Source of the DNA: Octopus sinensis
Taxonomy: Eukaryota
DNA length: 64,000 nucleotides
Reading direction: 5' to 3'
NCBI RefSeq assembly: GCF_006345805.1
Contig: NC_043001.1
Location: 1,736,001 to 1,800,000 of the forward strand
The position numbers were made by a program, and so were the translations under genes. Under the pieces are notes generated by a model. The model was given only the letters and a program-made list of their open reading frames with translations. It was not told the origin of the DNA and ran no database searches. This document shows positions 12,288 through 24,429 of the stretch, in pieces. Every line of letters begins with the position of its first letter. Positions within the stretch are counted from its first letter, which is position 1.

Positions 12288-12778
12288 AAGAGAGAGGGAG
12301 AGAGAAGAGAGGGAGAGCGAGAAGGGAGAGAAGAGAGAAAGCGCGATGGAGAGAAGAGAGAGAGGGTGAAAGGGAGCGAGAGAGAGTGAGAAGGGACAGG
12401 AGAGAGAGAGAGAAGGGAGAGAAAGGGATTGAGAGAGGGAGAGCGAGAAGGGAGAGAAGCGAGAGGGAGCAAGGGAGAGAGGGAGCAAGGGAGAGAGGGA
12501 GCAAGGGAGACAGGGAGAGGGAGACAGGAGAGGAGAGAGAGAAGAGAGAGAGAAAGGGAGAGAGAAAAGGGAGAAAGAAAAGGGAGAGAGACAGAGGGAG
12601 AAGAGAGAGAGGAGAAAGGGAAAGAGAAAAGGGAGAGAAATAGGGAGAGGAGAGAGAGAAGAGAGAGAGAAAGGAGAGAGAGAGAGAGGGAAAGGAAAGA
12701 GAGAGAGAGAGGGGAGAGAGGGAGAAAGGGAAAGAGAGAGGGAGAGCGAGAAGGGAGTGGAGAGAGAGAAGAGAGAAA
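12288..12778. repeat. Compound (GA)n-rich repeat flanking the Tx1 element
   Basis: Visible GA/GGGA array; accounts for the R/E-rich and L/S-rich ORFs. Confidence 0.95.
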
Positions 12779-13761
12779 CTTTTGGTAATTATCCATAGGC
12801 CCTGGTTCGAATGTTCTTTGGAACAGACTGGCCAGTTGATCTTCGTCGAAGCCTAGGGTTTCTCCCAGGACGTCGTCACACTTGAACTCTAGTAACCCTC
12901 TATAGAAGAACGAGGTAGTACCCCCGCCACCGGTGTTGCCCGACTGGGAGAGAAGCACGAGTGCCTGATCCACCTTTCTCGCCACCTCGCTCCAATTCTT
13001 CTCTATCTGGAGATCTGGACCTAACCAGATTCCAAGCATTTTCACCGGCCCTTCCGTCCAACGTCCTACGAAGCTGTCGGAAGGCATCGATTTTCCCCTC
13101 CAGGTGCCGAGTTGCAAGCCGACCGGTTGACTTTCGCTCCTGCCACCGCTTCGTAATCCCTTAAGGCCTCACCTACCCACTGTAGGTGCTCGACCCGGGA
13201 TACGATGACGGTGACGTCGTCCGCATACGCCAACGTTGACCAGCCTGAACACTTTATCACTGTTGTGCGTCACATCCAAAACGACCAACCTGTCTTCCGG
13301 ATCTATAAAGTCAGTTCTAATCTCGAAATCCAGGTTTTTCCTGACCAGCACTGCTACTCCTCCGCCCCTTCTGGGTCGACAGGGAGAAATGTATTTCTCG
13401 TAGCCGTTTAGAAGGGGCGAAAAACTTGCAGCCCACTCAGTCTGGATTCGGTAATTACAACTACGTCCAAACGATGCGACCGAAGGTCGTCAAGGAGGCA
13501 GCCGTGCTTCCAATCCGACCCCAGGCCGCGAATATTTAAATAATAGGGTTTAAACGAGAATGTGAAATATAAAATCGTATGTTTAAAACTTACTGTTTTA
13601 ATGGGAGAGAGGTTGTTGTGTCACCCTCCTCTTTTCTGTCTGTAAGGGTTGTGGTTTGCGAGGTCCTTTTCTTTCGCGAATTGCCTGTACAGATGGCTCG
13701 AAAAGTTCATCTGTAACGGGCCGACGTCCCCGCAAAAGATTAGTCTGTGTTGTCGATGGTA

Positions 13762-13988
13762 GAGCTGGCAGAGTGGTTAGCACGCCGGGCGAAATGCGTA
13801 GCTGTATTTCGTCTGCCGTTACGTTCTGAGTTCAAATTCCGCCGAGGTCGACTTTACCTTTCATCCTTTCGTGGTCGATAAATTAAGTACCAGTTACGCT
13901 CTGGTGTCGATGTAATCGACTTAAATTCGTTTCTCTGTCCTTGTTTATCCTCTCTGTGTTTAGCCCCTTGTGGGTAGTAAAGAAAAAA
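13762..13988 (+). mobile_element. tRNA-derived SINE family A (probably one of the octopus OK/OR-type SINEs) inserted in Tx1 ORF1
   Basis: A-box-like TGGCAGAGTGGTTAG, B-box GAGTTCAAATTCC, conserved body and AAAGAAA tail. Possible GGTA duplication at 13758-61 and 13989-92; removing the SINE restores the ORF1 reading VEFYTID. Confidence 0.92.
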
Positions 13989-14177
13989 GGTATAAAACTC
14001 GACATTTTCAAGAATTATACTATTTAAATCCGTTGCGATATATTTTGTCGCCGATTTCATGAAACCAATTTGGTTTCTTAAGAGTTTATTATTTTTGTTT
14101 ATCGCCGCGAAAGTGTTTCTCTTTTTTATATTAGGCGGTTGTGGAGGTGTGTGTGCGTGTGCGTGCGTGTGTGTGTA

Positions 14178-14215
<38 letters not shown>

Positions 14216-14257
14216 CGTATGTGTGTCTGTGTGTGTGTCTGTGTGTGTGCGTGTGTG

Positions 14258-14309
<52 letters not shown>

Positions 14310-15252
14310 TGTAGAAGCGTGGGTGTTTGTAGGTGTGTGCGTGTGCTTGTGGTAGGTGTCTATGTCTGCTTTTTTCAGTGTGTGTGTGTGTTTGGCTACG
14401 TGTGTGTTTGCGGTTGTATTTGTGGGTGTGGGTGTGCTTGTCTCCCTCGGAGCATAGTCCAGTGTATCCGAAGAGGGGGAGTCTTTTCGTTTCCGTCTTC
14501 GTTTTGAAGGTTCCACGGTGACCCCCGCTCCTGGTTGTTGTTGTTGTTGTTTTCTCCCGCTGTCGGCTGTAATTCGGTAATTGGTGCACCCGACGTGGCT
14601 GCTATTTCTAGCGGTGTGGTCGTCGTCTTGGGCGTCGTCCTTGCCTCTTCTGCTGCTTTTCCTTTGACTGTTTCTTTCTTTTTACAGTTCGACCTTATGT
14701 GGCCTTTCTCGCCACATTTGCAGCCCCCGGGCTTTCGACCCTCGACTACCACCATCAGGCTGGTATCTTCCCCAATTATAAGTGAACTGGTCATTTTTTC
14801 TAAATCTAAGGGGTTTGCTTGAATGACGAGCTCTAACTCTTGTCCAACCCAGAGTTGAATGTTCCCTGGCTTTTTCTTCGCTATGGAAACGCATCCCTAC
14901 AGTGCCGAAGCGACTACCCCTCGCTATATAACTTGTTTGTTGCCATATCGACCTCAAACATTTCTCTATGGCTTCCCTCGTCACGAAGTCAATTTTTCCA
15001 TTTTTCACGTGGTACGTCTTTAAAGTTTTTCTCTCTGTCGCCTTAATTAATTCACTGGGAGGGAGAAACTTCACATTTTCACCTTCCTTTTTGAGTAGTC
15101 CTTGGTATTTCTTCAAATCTTCCTTGTTTATGACTATATTTTCACAGGGGCGAGTTTCTGCATTCGCAAAATTAATTCTTGACTTTTCTTCTTGTTTAGC
15201 CTCGGCAGACATCTTGTCGTCTGCTTTTGTAACGAGCGCGTGCGACGCCTCT

Positions 15253-15428
15253 GCCTTTACCTTCCTCCTCCCTCATATTCGCCTCTACACCTTTACCTTC
15301 CTCCTCCCTCATATTCGCCTCTATACTTTCACCTTCCTCCTCCCACCTATTCTCCTCTACACTTTCACCTTCCTCCTCCCACCTATTCTCCTCTACACTT
15401 TCACCTTCCTCCTCCCACCTATTCGCCT
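15253..15428 (-). repeat. 36-bp minisatellite (about 5 units) in the Tx1 ORF1 5' region
   Basis: Unit CCTCTACACTTTCACCTTCCTCCTCCCACCTATTCG with variants; the minus strand reads WEEEGESVEENR repeats. Confidence 0.9.
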
Positions 15429-15656
15429 TCTTGCTTTAAAACAAATTTTCAAAGTTTTCCTCCGACTCGGAAGAAATTGGTGGCAAATTCATGTTTTTAA
15501 CTGTTTCCTCCTTGAAACAAGAGGGAAACAACAGCAAAATTCCTCTGTAACAGCAGAAAAGAAGTCGTCCCGACGACCAAATCAGCAAATTTTTACAATT
15601 TTCAGCACAAAAACAATCTTTCACTGCGGAGCAAAGAATAACACGATCGATAAAAG

Positions 15657-15667
15657 AGAGAGAGGGG

Positions 15668-15701
<34 letters not shown>

Positions 15702-15707
15702 CAGAGG

Positions 15708-15768
<61 letters not shown>

Positions 15769-16110
15769 CAGAGAGAGACAGAGGGGGGGAGAGAGAGAGA
15801 GAGAGAGAGGGAAAGAGACAGAGAGAAAGGGAGAGAGAGGGAGAGCGAAAAGGGAGAGGAGAGAGAGAAGAGAGAGAAGGGAGAGAAGAGTGAGAGAGAA
15901 AGAAAGGGAGAGAGAAAGAGGGAGAAAGGGGGAGAGAGAGGGAGAAAGGGAGAGAGAGAGAGGGGGAGAAAGGGGAAGAGAGAGAGGGAGAAAGGAAGAG
16001 AGAGAGGGAGAAAGGGGGAGAGAGAGAGGGAGAGAGAGGGAGAAAGGAGAGAGAGAGAGAGGGGGAGAAAGGGGAAGAGAGAGAGGGAGAAAGGGAGAGA
16101 GAGAGAGGGA
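15657..16110. repeat. Compound (GA)n-rich repeat at the 5' side of the Tx1 element
   Basis: Visible GA array similar to 12288-12778. Confidence 0.95.
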
Positions 16111-16270
16111 GGTTTATACAAAATGAGTTTGTTTTATCTTTTAATCATTTGGTTGTTTGTCATTAAACTGCTGCCATGCTGGAGCACCACCTTGAAGACT
16201 TTTCAGTCAAACGTTATTAACTCCGCTAATTATTCTTATTACCCATCACCCCACCCCATCCCACCCCCGG

Positions 16271-16505
16271 GGGTGGCGAGCTGGCAGAATTGTTAGCACA
16301 CTGGATGAAATGCTTAGCTGTATTTCGTCTGCCGTTACGTAGTGAGTTCAAATTCTGCCGAGGTCGACTTTGCCTTTCATTCTTTCGGGGTCGATTAAAT
16401 AAGTACCAGTTACACACTGGGGTCGATGTAATCAACTTAATCCCTTTCTCTGTCCTTGTTTATCCCCTCTGTGTTTAGCCCCTTGTGGCTAGTAAAGAAA
16501 TAGGT
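16271..16505 (+). mobile_element. SINE family A, followed by a second partial copy (about 16506-16720)
   Basis: High similarity to 13762-13988 and 22221-22450. Confidence 0.9.
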
Positions 16506-17044
16506 ATTTTGCCAGTCACTATATTCTGAGTTCAAATTCACCTGAGGTCGACTTTGCCTTTCATCCTTTCACAGTCGATAAAATAAATACCGGTGAAACC
16601 CTGAGGTCAATATAATTGACAAGTCCTCACCCCACAAATATGAGGCCTTGTGCCTCCAGTAATTATTATTATTACCCCGGCCCCCAAAATTTCTGGCCTT
16701 GTGCCTAAATTTGAAACCAATAATGAAGGACATGAATTTTAGAGAGGAGGGTCAAGTAATTATGTTGCACCCCTCCCCCCTACACACATAATTATTTAGT
16801 ATTTATTTTATTGACCTCATAACGATGGAAATCAAGGAGAAACTCAGATGCAAAGGGCCGTAGCTAAACATGGCAAGGATTTTGCCCAACACACAAACAA
16901 TTCTGCAAATCTCCTGCTTCTACCATTTTCAAACAATCACAGCAGTTCAAGAATTGCTGCTCGTCTGTTGATTTAATTAGGTGCTTCTCAATTAAGAGGC
17001 TTTGTGCTCATAGAATTGTTATGAAAAAGCACAATTCAGTGCTT

Positions 17045-17079
17045 TATTGCAGATAACAATAATAATAATGATAGTAGTA

Positions 17080-17119
<40 letters not shown>

Positions 17120-17223
17120 CAACAACAACAATAGTAATAATATTAATAATAATAATAATAATAATAACAATAATAATAACAACAACAATAGTAATAATAT
17201 TAATAATAATTATGATAATAATA

Positions 17224-17286
<63 letters not shown>

Positions 17287-17380
17287 TGATGATGATAATA
17301 ATGATGATAATAATATTGTTATATTTTGGAATGATCATATAATGATAATAATGATAATAATAATGATAATAATTAATAGA
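17045..17380. repeat. (AAT)n/(GAT)n microsatellite
   Basis: Visible array; accounts for the poly-I ORFs. Confidence 0.95.
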
Positions 17381-17669
17381 GATTTTTGTATGAGAAAGCA
17401 AAAGATAACTGGATGCCACTTGTATTTCTTGTTCAGTGAAGCTTAACAATGAAAGGCTTCAGTGACAATAAAAGATGCAGCTTGTTAGATGCACATATTT
17501 TGTGAAACACAAGAAGAGATGGGTGAGAGGTGGAGTGAGAGGTTGAGTGAGGTGAAGGGTGTGTCTGAGAGTCTGGATCAAATGCTGTACAGGTGAAGAA
17601 GGATGTCTGGAATGGGTGGAGAGATATGATGTGTAAATGGAAAAGAAACACTTGGGCAAAAAGGGGCAC

Positions 17670-17700
<31 letters not shown>

Positions 17701-18663
17701 GTGACTGCTGTTTGTGTTTAGCCCTGAGGTCAGTCGGGATCCAGTAAAACTATGATCAAAAATGTTCCAACCACAAGCACATCACCTGTTTTCATACACA
17801 GTGCACCTAGGACTACATTATCCAATGTGTTGCTCCTGTTTTCAAAGACAGTAGGGTGCAATGTGAGGGAGATTTGGCTGCTATTTCTTAAAGGTGGTGT
17901 GACTATGTAGAAGCTGTTTTATTGGTTTATGCTGATATTTGAAGACTATCCAGGATGTTATGGGAGATAATGTAGTGGCATTCATGCTTATCTTGTCATG
18001 ACAGTAAAAACTGATATTGGAGGACGCTGAGGAGCAGACGTGACATTTTATGAACTTGTCCTGTCCAGGTCAGTTTAACAGACGACATCGTAAAATAGAC
18101 TTTAAAAAAAGTGATACTGATAGCAATGATGATGATGATGATGATGACTGTGACGACAATGACGATGGTAGTGATGACATTCAGATTATAAATAAAACCC
18201 AGTCAAACAAAGACTATTCCAATTGTGGCCACCTCTCCTGTATTTTTTTAAAAACCTGCTGTAGTTAACATAAAGCAAGTTTCTTTATATTTTCTTGTAT
18301 TGCATATGAGGATTTGGGAGCCCAAGAGATTTCCTCTAAGGGGATGGGTTTTCTGGAGATATTTCTGGAGACCTTTTCTCCTCATTGAAACCCTTGGGAG
18401 TGAAACCTTCAGTTGTTAAGGCCATGCTGTAGCAATATGTATTTTTAATTTCTGAATTGAGTCGATATTTAGATAAAGTACTTCTTGCCAGCTACATAAT
18501 TTGGTAGCAGTGAGCTGGCAGAATCATTAAAGTATTGGAAAAAATACCTTATAGTAGTTATTTTGATTCTTTATTTTATGAGTTCAACTCTTACAAATGT
18601 GAACTCAGTGTTTTATTCTTTGAGGATCAATGAAATAAAATGAAATGAAATAAAATGAAATAA

Positions 18664-19000
18664 TAACAAGAGCACTCAGTGAGTGCAAATATCTGCCAAG
18701 GCAACACCAACATCCTCTCAACGATTAACTGGAGATGATTTTTAAAATGTGAATATCTGAAATAAACTCAACTGCCCTCACAAACGTCAATACTAAAAAT
18801 GAACCCCACCACTATCAAAAATTAAGTAAGAAAACTGGAAAAATAATCCAGAATCCTTGTTTGGTACCAGATCGATCCCCAAATCTAATCAGTTCCTGCC
18901 AGTCACAAGGCCAAACATCTCTGAAAGTTTCATCTGAATCCATCCAGTGGTTCTTGAGATGTCCACGGACAAACAAACAAACAAACAAACATAACATAAC
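18664..19000 (+). mobile_element. Helentron-associated non-autonomous element (HINE/DINE-1-like), 3' end missing
   Basis: Starts TAACAAGAGCACTCAG with subterminal CTGCCAAGG; contains the typical AAGTTTCATCTGAATCCATCCAGTGGTTCTTGAGAT motif followed by (ACAA)n. Confidence 0.55.
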
Positions 19001-19904
19001 AATACAATACCAGTCAGGCATGGGGTGTCAACAACATCATCTCAACCCCCTCAACTGAAAATTATTAGTATTTAAATGGGGGTTGGGGGGGGATACTTTC
19101 TCAGACAAGGAAAGATAGTATCCATGACATTTTTGGAAGATTTCCAAGATTGTTGGAGAAAAAGAATGAAGGAAACTTGATTTGTAAGTTGGCAAAGAAG
19201 AAAGAAGCACATCGAATGAAAGATTTATCTATTTCAGGGACAGAAACAGGTCTAGATGCTTCAGAGTGAGCCAGCTTCAGTAAAAACACTTTTTAAAGTA
19301 CATTTGTTAAAGTTGGCTGAGATGTGGTGGTGTTAAACAAGGAAATGGCCTGGAAGCATTTGTTATTAGAGCTGCCTCCAACAACAATAACAACAGCAAC
19401 AACAACAAACCCTCCCCCTTGATCAATCATGCATTTACTCTCATTTGTTATTAGATTTTTCCTCTTTTGGACCCACTCACAAGTAAAAGAGAAAAAAAAA
19501 ACCTGTTCTGATCAATCATAGATTTACTCATTTACACGTTTAGTTGTCTTCGTTGCAATCAAAAGCTTTGAATATTTAATTTTTACATTCAATAACTGCA
19601 TGTTTCACTGCAGATAGTTCAGTTCAATTGATTTTTTTTTTCAAGTGAAATATCTATTCATGTTTTTACTAAATTAGAATTGGTTCACTCAGAAAAAGTC
19701 TTTTAACACCTCAAAAAAAAAAGAAAACAAAGAAAAAATTCTAATTCAATAGAATTTTTGACACATTTGCTCATGCTGCCAAAGTCACTGAAATTATTTG
19801 TTGGTTAACCCTATGTTTTCTCTGTTCAAAGGGTTGATTAAACGAACAATAAAAGCATAAGGATATGAAATCCTTTCAGTTCTTCTCACCAAGGACTATT
19901 CAAC

Positions 19905-20085
19905 CTCAGCCCCTGCTGTAAAGTGGCTGACATTAGGAAGGACATCCGGCGGTAGAAACTAAGCCAACTGACACTATCAACTTCCGAGTCTTGGTGACCT
20001 GCAGCTCTCAATGGGACTCAGACCGTGACAACCTCTCCAACCCATGCCAGCATGGAAAAACAGACATAAAGTTGGTGATGATGAT
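19905..20085 (+). mobile_element. SINE-like family C copy
   Basis: TTAGGAAGGACATCCGGC..CCCATGCCAGCATGGAAAAA..(TGA)n. Confidence 0.8.
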
Positions 20086-20642
20086 TGGTAATATCTATCA
20101 CACCTGGCAGAAATCCTGGTGCAGCTCTCTTGTCCTGTCAGCTCCTTATCAAACTGTCCAACTGATGCCAGCAAGGAAAATGGATGTTAAGGGGAGGATA
20201 ATGATGAAAGAATGAATGACGGTGATTTCTGACATCTGTCCGTCAGAATTAAAGCAAAGATGGACCCTCTAAACAGTCATTAAACCTGCAAGAAATAGCA
20301 GACTATTCTCCCTCAGACCCATGTCCTTCTGTCTTGAAAAGTAAAATGTCACATTGGTTAATACATTCCTGTATAAATTATGTTTGAATGCAGTTCAGGG
20401 TGGCCACATGTGGAACGTATTTGATCAGAAATGTAGTGGATCACTTCTAATCTTATGTTAAACCAATAATCAATCAACCAAACTTAAACAAAACCAATAT
20501 GTGAGGTCCTTTATTGTCAGGTAAGAAACTCAGGTAAACTAATGTGAGACACTGTATGGTTATTTCGTCTGCTAGAAATAGTAACCAACCATCCTTCAAT
20601 TCACTGTCTATCATTTCAAAGAGGGATAAAGTAGTTGTAGTG

Positions 20643-20696
<54 letters not shown>

Positions 20697-22220
20697 ACAG
20701 TAGCAGTAGCAGCAGCAGCAGCAGCATGGGGGCGTGTGCTGCAACGGCATGTTGCTGCATCCACCATTTTGTTGCTGATTCCCCTAACTACACCTGGTGG
20801 ATGACACCTTTGCACCACTCAGGTGACAACCCTCCAACTCGTGGGTCTCTTTGAATCGCTGTTGCTTGTGAGGGTTTTATGAGGTCAGAATGCAAACCAT
20901 ACCTCAAACTCTTTCAGATTCCCTTTATGACATATCGAAGAAACATTTGGTCTGTTCTTTGGCCAAACCCCATCCAGCTCTGCAACAATGTGGAACAAAG
21001 TGTTTTGCTCCAGAACAAAACACACCACTGGTCTGGAACCCATGACCTGAGAGCAACATGCTGACCACTAGGTCATGCACTTTGATAAAGTAGTTGTGGA
21101 TATTTGAAATGAGACCAGAAAAATGGGATGGTCATAGTTGGAATGCCTTTGATCATAAATTTACTCTGTAAAGGCTGACTTGGGGTTAAAAAACAATTTG
21201 AACAACTTGTTCAAAGCCGTGGCCAAGTTTCTCTGAATAACTTTTCTCTGATTTTCTATGACTTAAGATTTTGTGTTTGGTATTTCAGCAGTCATTAGAA
21301 TGGAAGCTATATTACCTACATTTATTATGATAATGATGTCAACAAAATGGCGGTTAATCCACATTGACACACTGGATATCTTATATCTGAATCTCCATGA
21401 TGCTTGATCTCTATATTGTTCTGTAATATTTGATTGATCACTACTATTGCCATACGATCGTTCAAGCAGAGCTGATTGGAGCTGCGAGGAAACGGGAAAA
21501 ACAAAACAAAACAAAACAGAAAAGAAACACACACACAACAGAGACACAGACACACAGACACAGACACACAGACACACACACACAGACACACACACATAAA
21601 TTTCTAAACTCATACTCGACATCTAATATTAACAAGACCAAAAGCTTTGAGATTTGAGAGTATCATCTATGAAGAAAGATATTAAATTGAGTCATACAAC
21701 AGAAAGAAAGAAAGGGAGGGAGAGAGAGAAGGAGAGAGAGGGGGTGCGAGAGAGAGAGGGTGAGAGCGAGAGAGAGTGGTGGGGGTGCAAAGCAACCACA
21801 TTAAAGAGGAAAGGAACTTGCATAGAAGAAGAGATAAGCTCACTTATGAAATCAGTTCCTTCCACAAGTCACTATCTTTTCAAAAATGATTAAACAACCA
21901 AAAGACATGGGATTATAGAATTAGTTCTTTAATGGAGAAAATTGGTAAAATTGTTCGAGTGACAGATCTAGTAGATTGTTTATTTGTGTATCTTCGCATT
22001 GTGATCTTAAATCCTATTTTGGTTGACATTGCCTTTCATCCTGCATCTAGCATGCTGCTACTACTTTTATTCCTGCAGACATCCTGGACTACTATCTGAG
22101 AAGAGTCACCTGTCCAATCAGTATTCCATCACAGGTAAACACACTCTAGTCATCGCCTGACAGGTGTGCTGTCTTCTACCTCTGTATTTTTCTATCATTT
22201 CTATAATGGCCTCTCTTAAG

Positions 22221-22450
22221 GTGGTGAGCTGGCAGAAACGTTAGCATGCCGGGCGAAATGCGTAGCCGTATTTCGTCTGCTGTTACGTTCTGAGTTCAAA
22301 TTCTGCCAAGGGCGACTTTGCCTTTCATCCTTTTGGGGTCAATAAATTAAGTACCAGTTACGCACTGGGGATGATGTAATCGACTTAATCCGTTTTTCTG
22401 TCCTTGTTTGTCCCCTCTGTGTTTAGCCCCTTGTGGGTAATAAAGAAACA
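22221..22450 (+). mobile_element. SINE family A with a 12-bp target-site duplication
   Basis: Full body; TATAATGGCCTC at 22202-22213 and 22451-22462. Confidence 0.93.
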
Positions 22451-23089
22451 TATAATGGCCTCACTTTCTTGGAGTTAGCTTATCTGTTACTGACACTATT
22501 CAAGTTTCTCAACACATTCAGCTCTCCACCTCTCACCCCCATCATTACATCCCAAATCCCCCCCCAGGGCCAAACTAGTCACTGCTCTCAGTTCTTTCAC
22601 CCTAGAGTATTAATCCCTCCTGAATCATCTTCCTGTTCATGCATTTCCAGCTGGCTTTGGCCTACAAGAATTTATACAGAACATTAATGGTGCCAAGTTC
22701 ACCTATCTCAGAGAACCTCAGAGGTATTATACACATCCATTTTCTCCAGATGCAACAAATAAAACGATCTTATAGGATTCAAAAAAATTTGTACCAGTCA
22801 GAGACTGGGTCAGCTTTCTATCGTCTAAATTCTATCCTAAACATGCGACCTTGTGCTAATAGCAGAAAACATTTGAAATAAGTAATGTATTTGAAATCTT
22901 TAGCATAACACAATCAGGAAGTTTGTAGTTAATAAACCATTCTTCAAGATTATTTGAAATTCAGTAGAATATTGTTATCTTTTATCTCAAGGAAATTGCT
23001 GTTTTCTGAAGCTAATATTTGTTATCTTTGTTCTTAGGATAAAATATAAAATATTCAACATAATGTAAAAGGAGACATCAATGGAAAGA

Positions 23090-23286
23090 TGACTGTTCAT
23101 ACATCATACACATATGGTATAAGTGCTTACATATATAGACACACATATATACATACATGTGCATACATCATATACATACATATGACATACATATGGGCGG
23201 TGTAATTGCCCACATACATATACAGGTAATATATATATATATATATGATTATACATATATACATACACACAAACACACACACACAC

Positions 23287-23319
<33 letters not shown>

Positions 23320-23530
23320 CATACATATATATATATATATACATACATACATATATATATATATATAAAAAAATATATATATATATACTTATACATACAT
23401 ATGTACATACATATATATCCATACATATATACAAATGTAAATATGTGTGTGAGCACGTGTGTACATATATATATATGAATGCATGTGTGTATATATGTGC
23501 GTGAGTATGTGTGAGCCTATATGTATGTAT
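23090..23530. repeat. (TA)n/(CA)n/(TACA)n microsatellite cluster
   Basis: Visible arrays; account for the I/Y/H-rich ORFs. Confidence 0.9.
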
Positions 23531-24002
23531 CTGTTGATGTATATGATGTTAAATTAAGGTTGTTATTTGAAAGCAAGTTTTAGAATAACAATGGAACGCT
23601 TACTGATGAGGAGTGGAAGTAACTCAATGCTGAGAGTAGAATCAAATTTATTGGAAATTTCGAGTTGATTTGGTCTTCAAGTTTCACCTCTCGGCTTGTT
23701 AAACCAACGAAGAAAGGTTTTGTCCTCTGGTATATCCAGTTAGGAAGACAAGAAGGAAACCTCATTAAAAGATTGTGCACGAATGTGTGTCTGTGTGCGT
23801 GGCAGGGCCAGGAAGATGACTTTTACATTTGTTATAAAACAACAATCAAAAGAATTTATGTTTTATTTAAATATGTGAACTAAAGAAATAATTTGAATGT
23901 AAAAAAAAAATGACAAAACAAAACAGGTGAAGTATAATAAAGGTCAGCTGACAGGGTGGTGTAAGGAAGGTTCCAGAATGGGGAAGAAGAGGAAAGAAAG
24001 CA

Positions 24003-24215
24003 CAATGGCTTCAAATTTGGCACAAGGCCAGCATTTTTTTTTTATTACATTGATCCCCAATATTCAACTGGTCTTTTTTTATTGACCCTGAAAGGATGAA
24101 ATGTAAAGTCGACCTCAGCAGCATATGAACTCAGAATGTAAAGACAGACAAAATGCTATGCGGCATTTCGTCCAGAATGCTAATGATTCCGTCAGCTCAT
24201 CGGCATTAAAGGGAA
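24003..24215 (-). mobile_element. SINE family A, variant tail
   Basis: Reverse complement of GAGTTCATATGCTGCTGAGGTCGACTTTACATTTCATCC; tail GGCACAAGGCCAGCA as at 11820. Confidence 0.75.
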
Positions 24216-24429
24216 ATATATGATAACAAACAATAAAATTGTTAATTGAACATAAGTCATTATTAAGTGAAGAAAGAAATATCTTGGAATAGTTTGGGTA
24301 GCAAGTCAAATGGACTGGATTTAATAATCTTTGATTCTAATAAGAATTAATGTGCCATTTGGAACTTTTGTGAAAAAGTTTATTTTCTATTTACAACATA
24401 AAAATTTTGAAAATTTGAGAAACAGTCAG

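Larger units (their letters stand above)
12779..15655 (-). mobile_element. Tx1/L1-clade LINE, internally deleted: 5' UTR, ORF1 with zinc knuckle, partial ORF2
   Basis: ORF1 with CKCGEKGHIRSNC knuckle (about 14650-14730). The ORF2 APE start LNIRGL..DVVVITES..GGGVAVL is fused to RT LAYADDVTV..GAKVNRSKS..KMLGIWLG, then jumps to a C-terminal segment FFYRGLLEFKCDDVLGETLG. Confidence 0.88.

Noticed and set aside
13762-13860. tRNA gene call for SINE heads
   Set aside because: A and B boxes are present, but there is no complete cloverleaf and the heads continue into SINE bodies.
15253-15428. Regular short repeats resembling a CRISPR array (also 56790-57000)
   Set aside because: These are tandem units without unique spacers, in a eukaryotic context with no cas genes.
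14968-16296. 442-aa plus-strand ORF
   Set aside because: It is the antisense of Tx1 ORF1 plus a GA microsatellite.
23595-23640. CTGATGA followed by the GAGT/ACTC stem (hammerhead-like)
   Set aside because: GAAA and stem III are absent (AATGC instead); at best a decayed relic.
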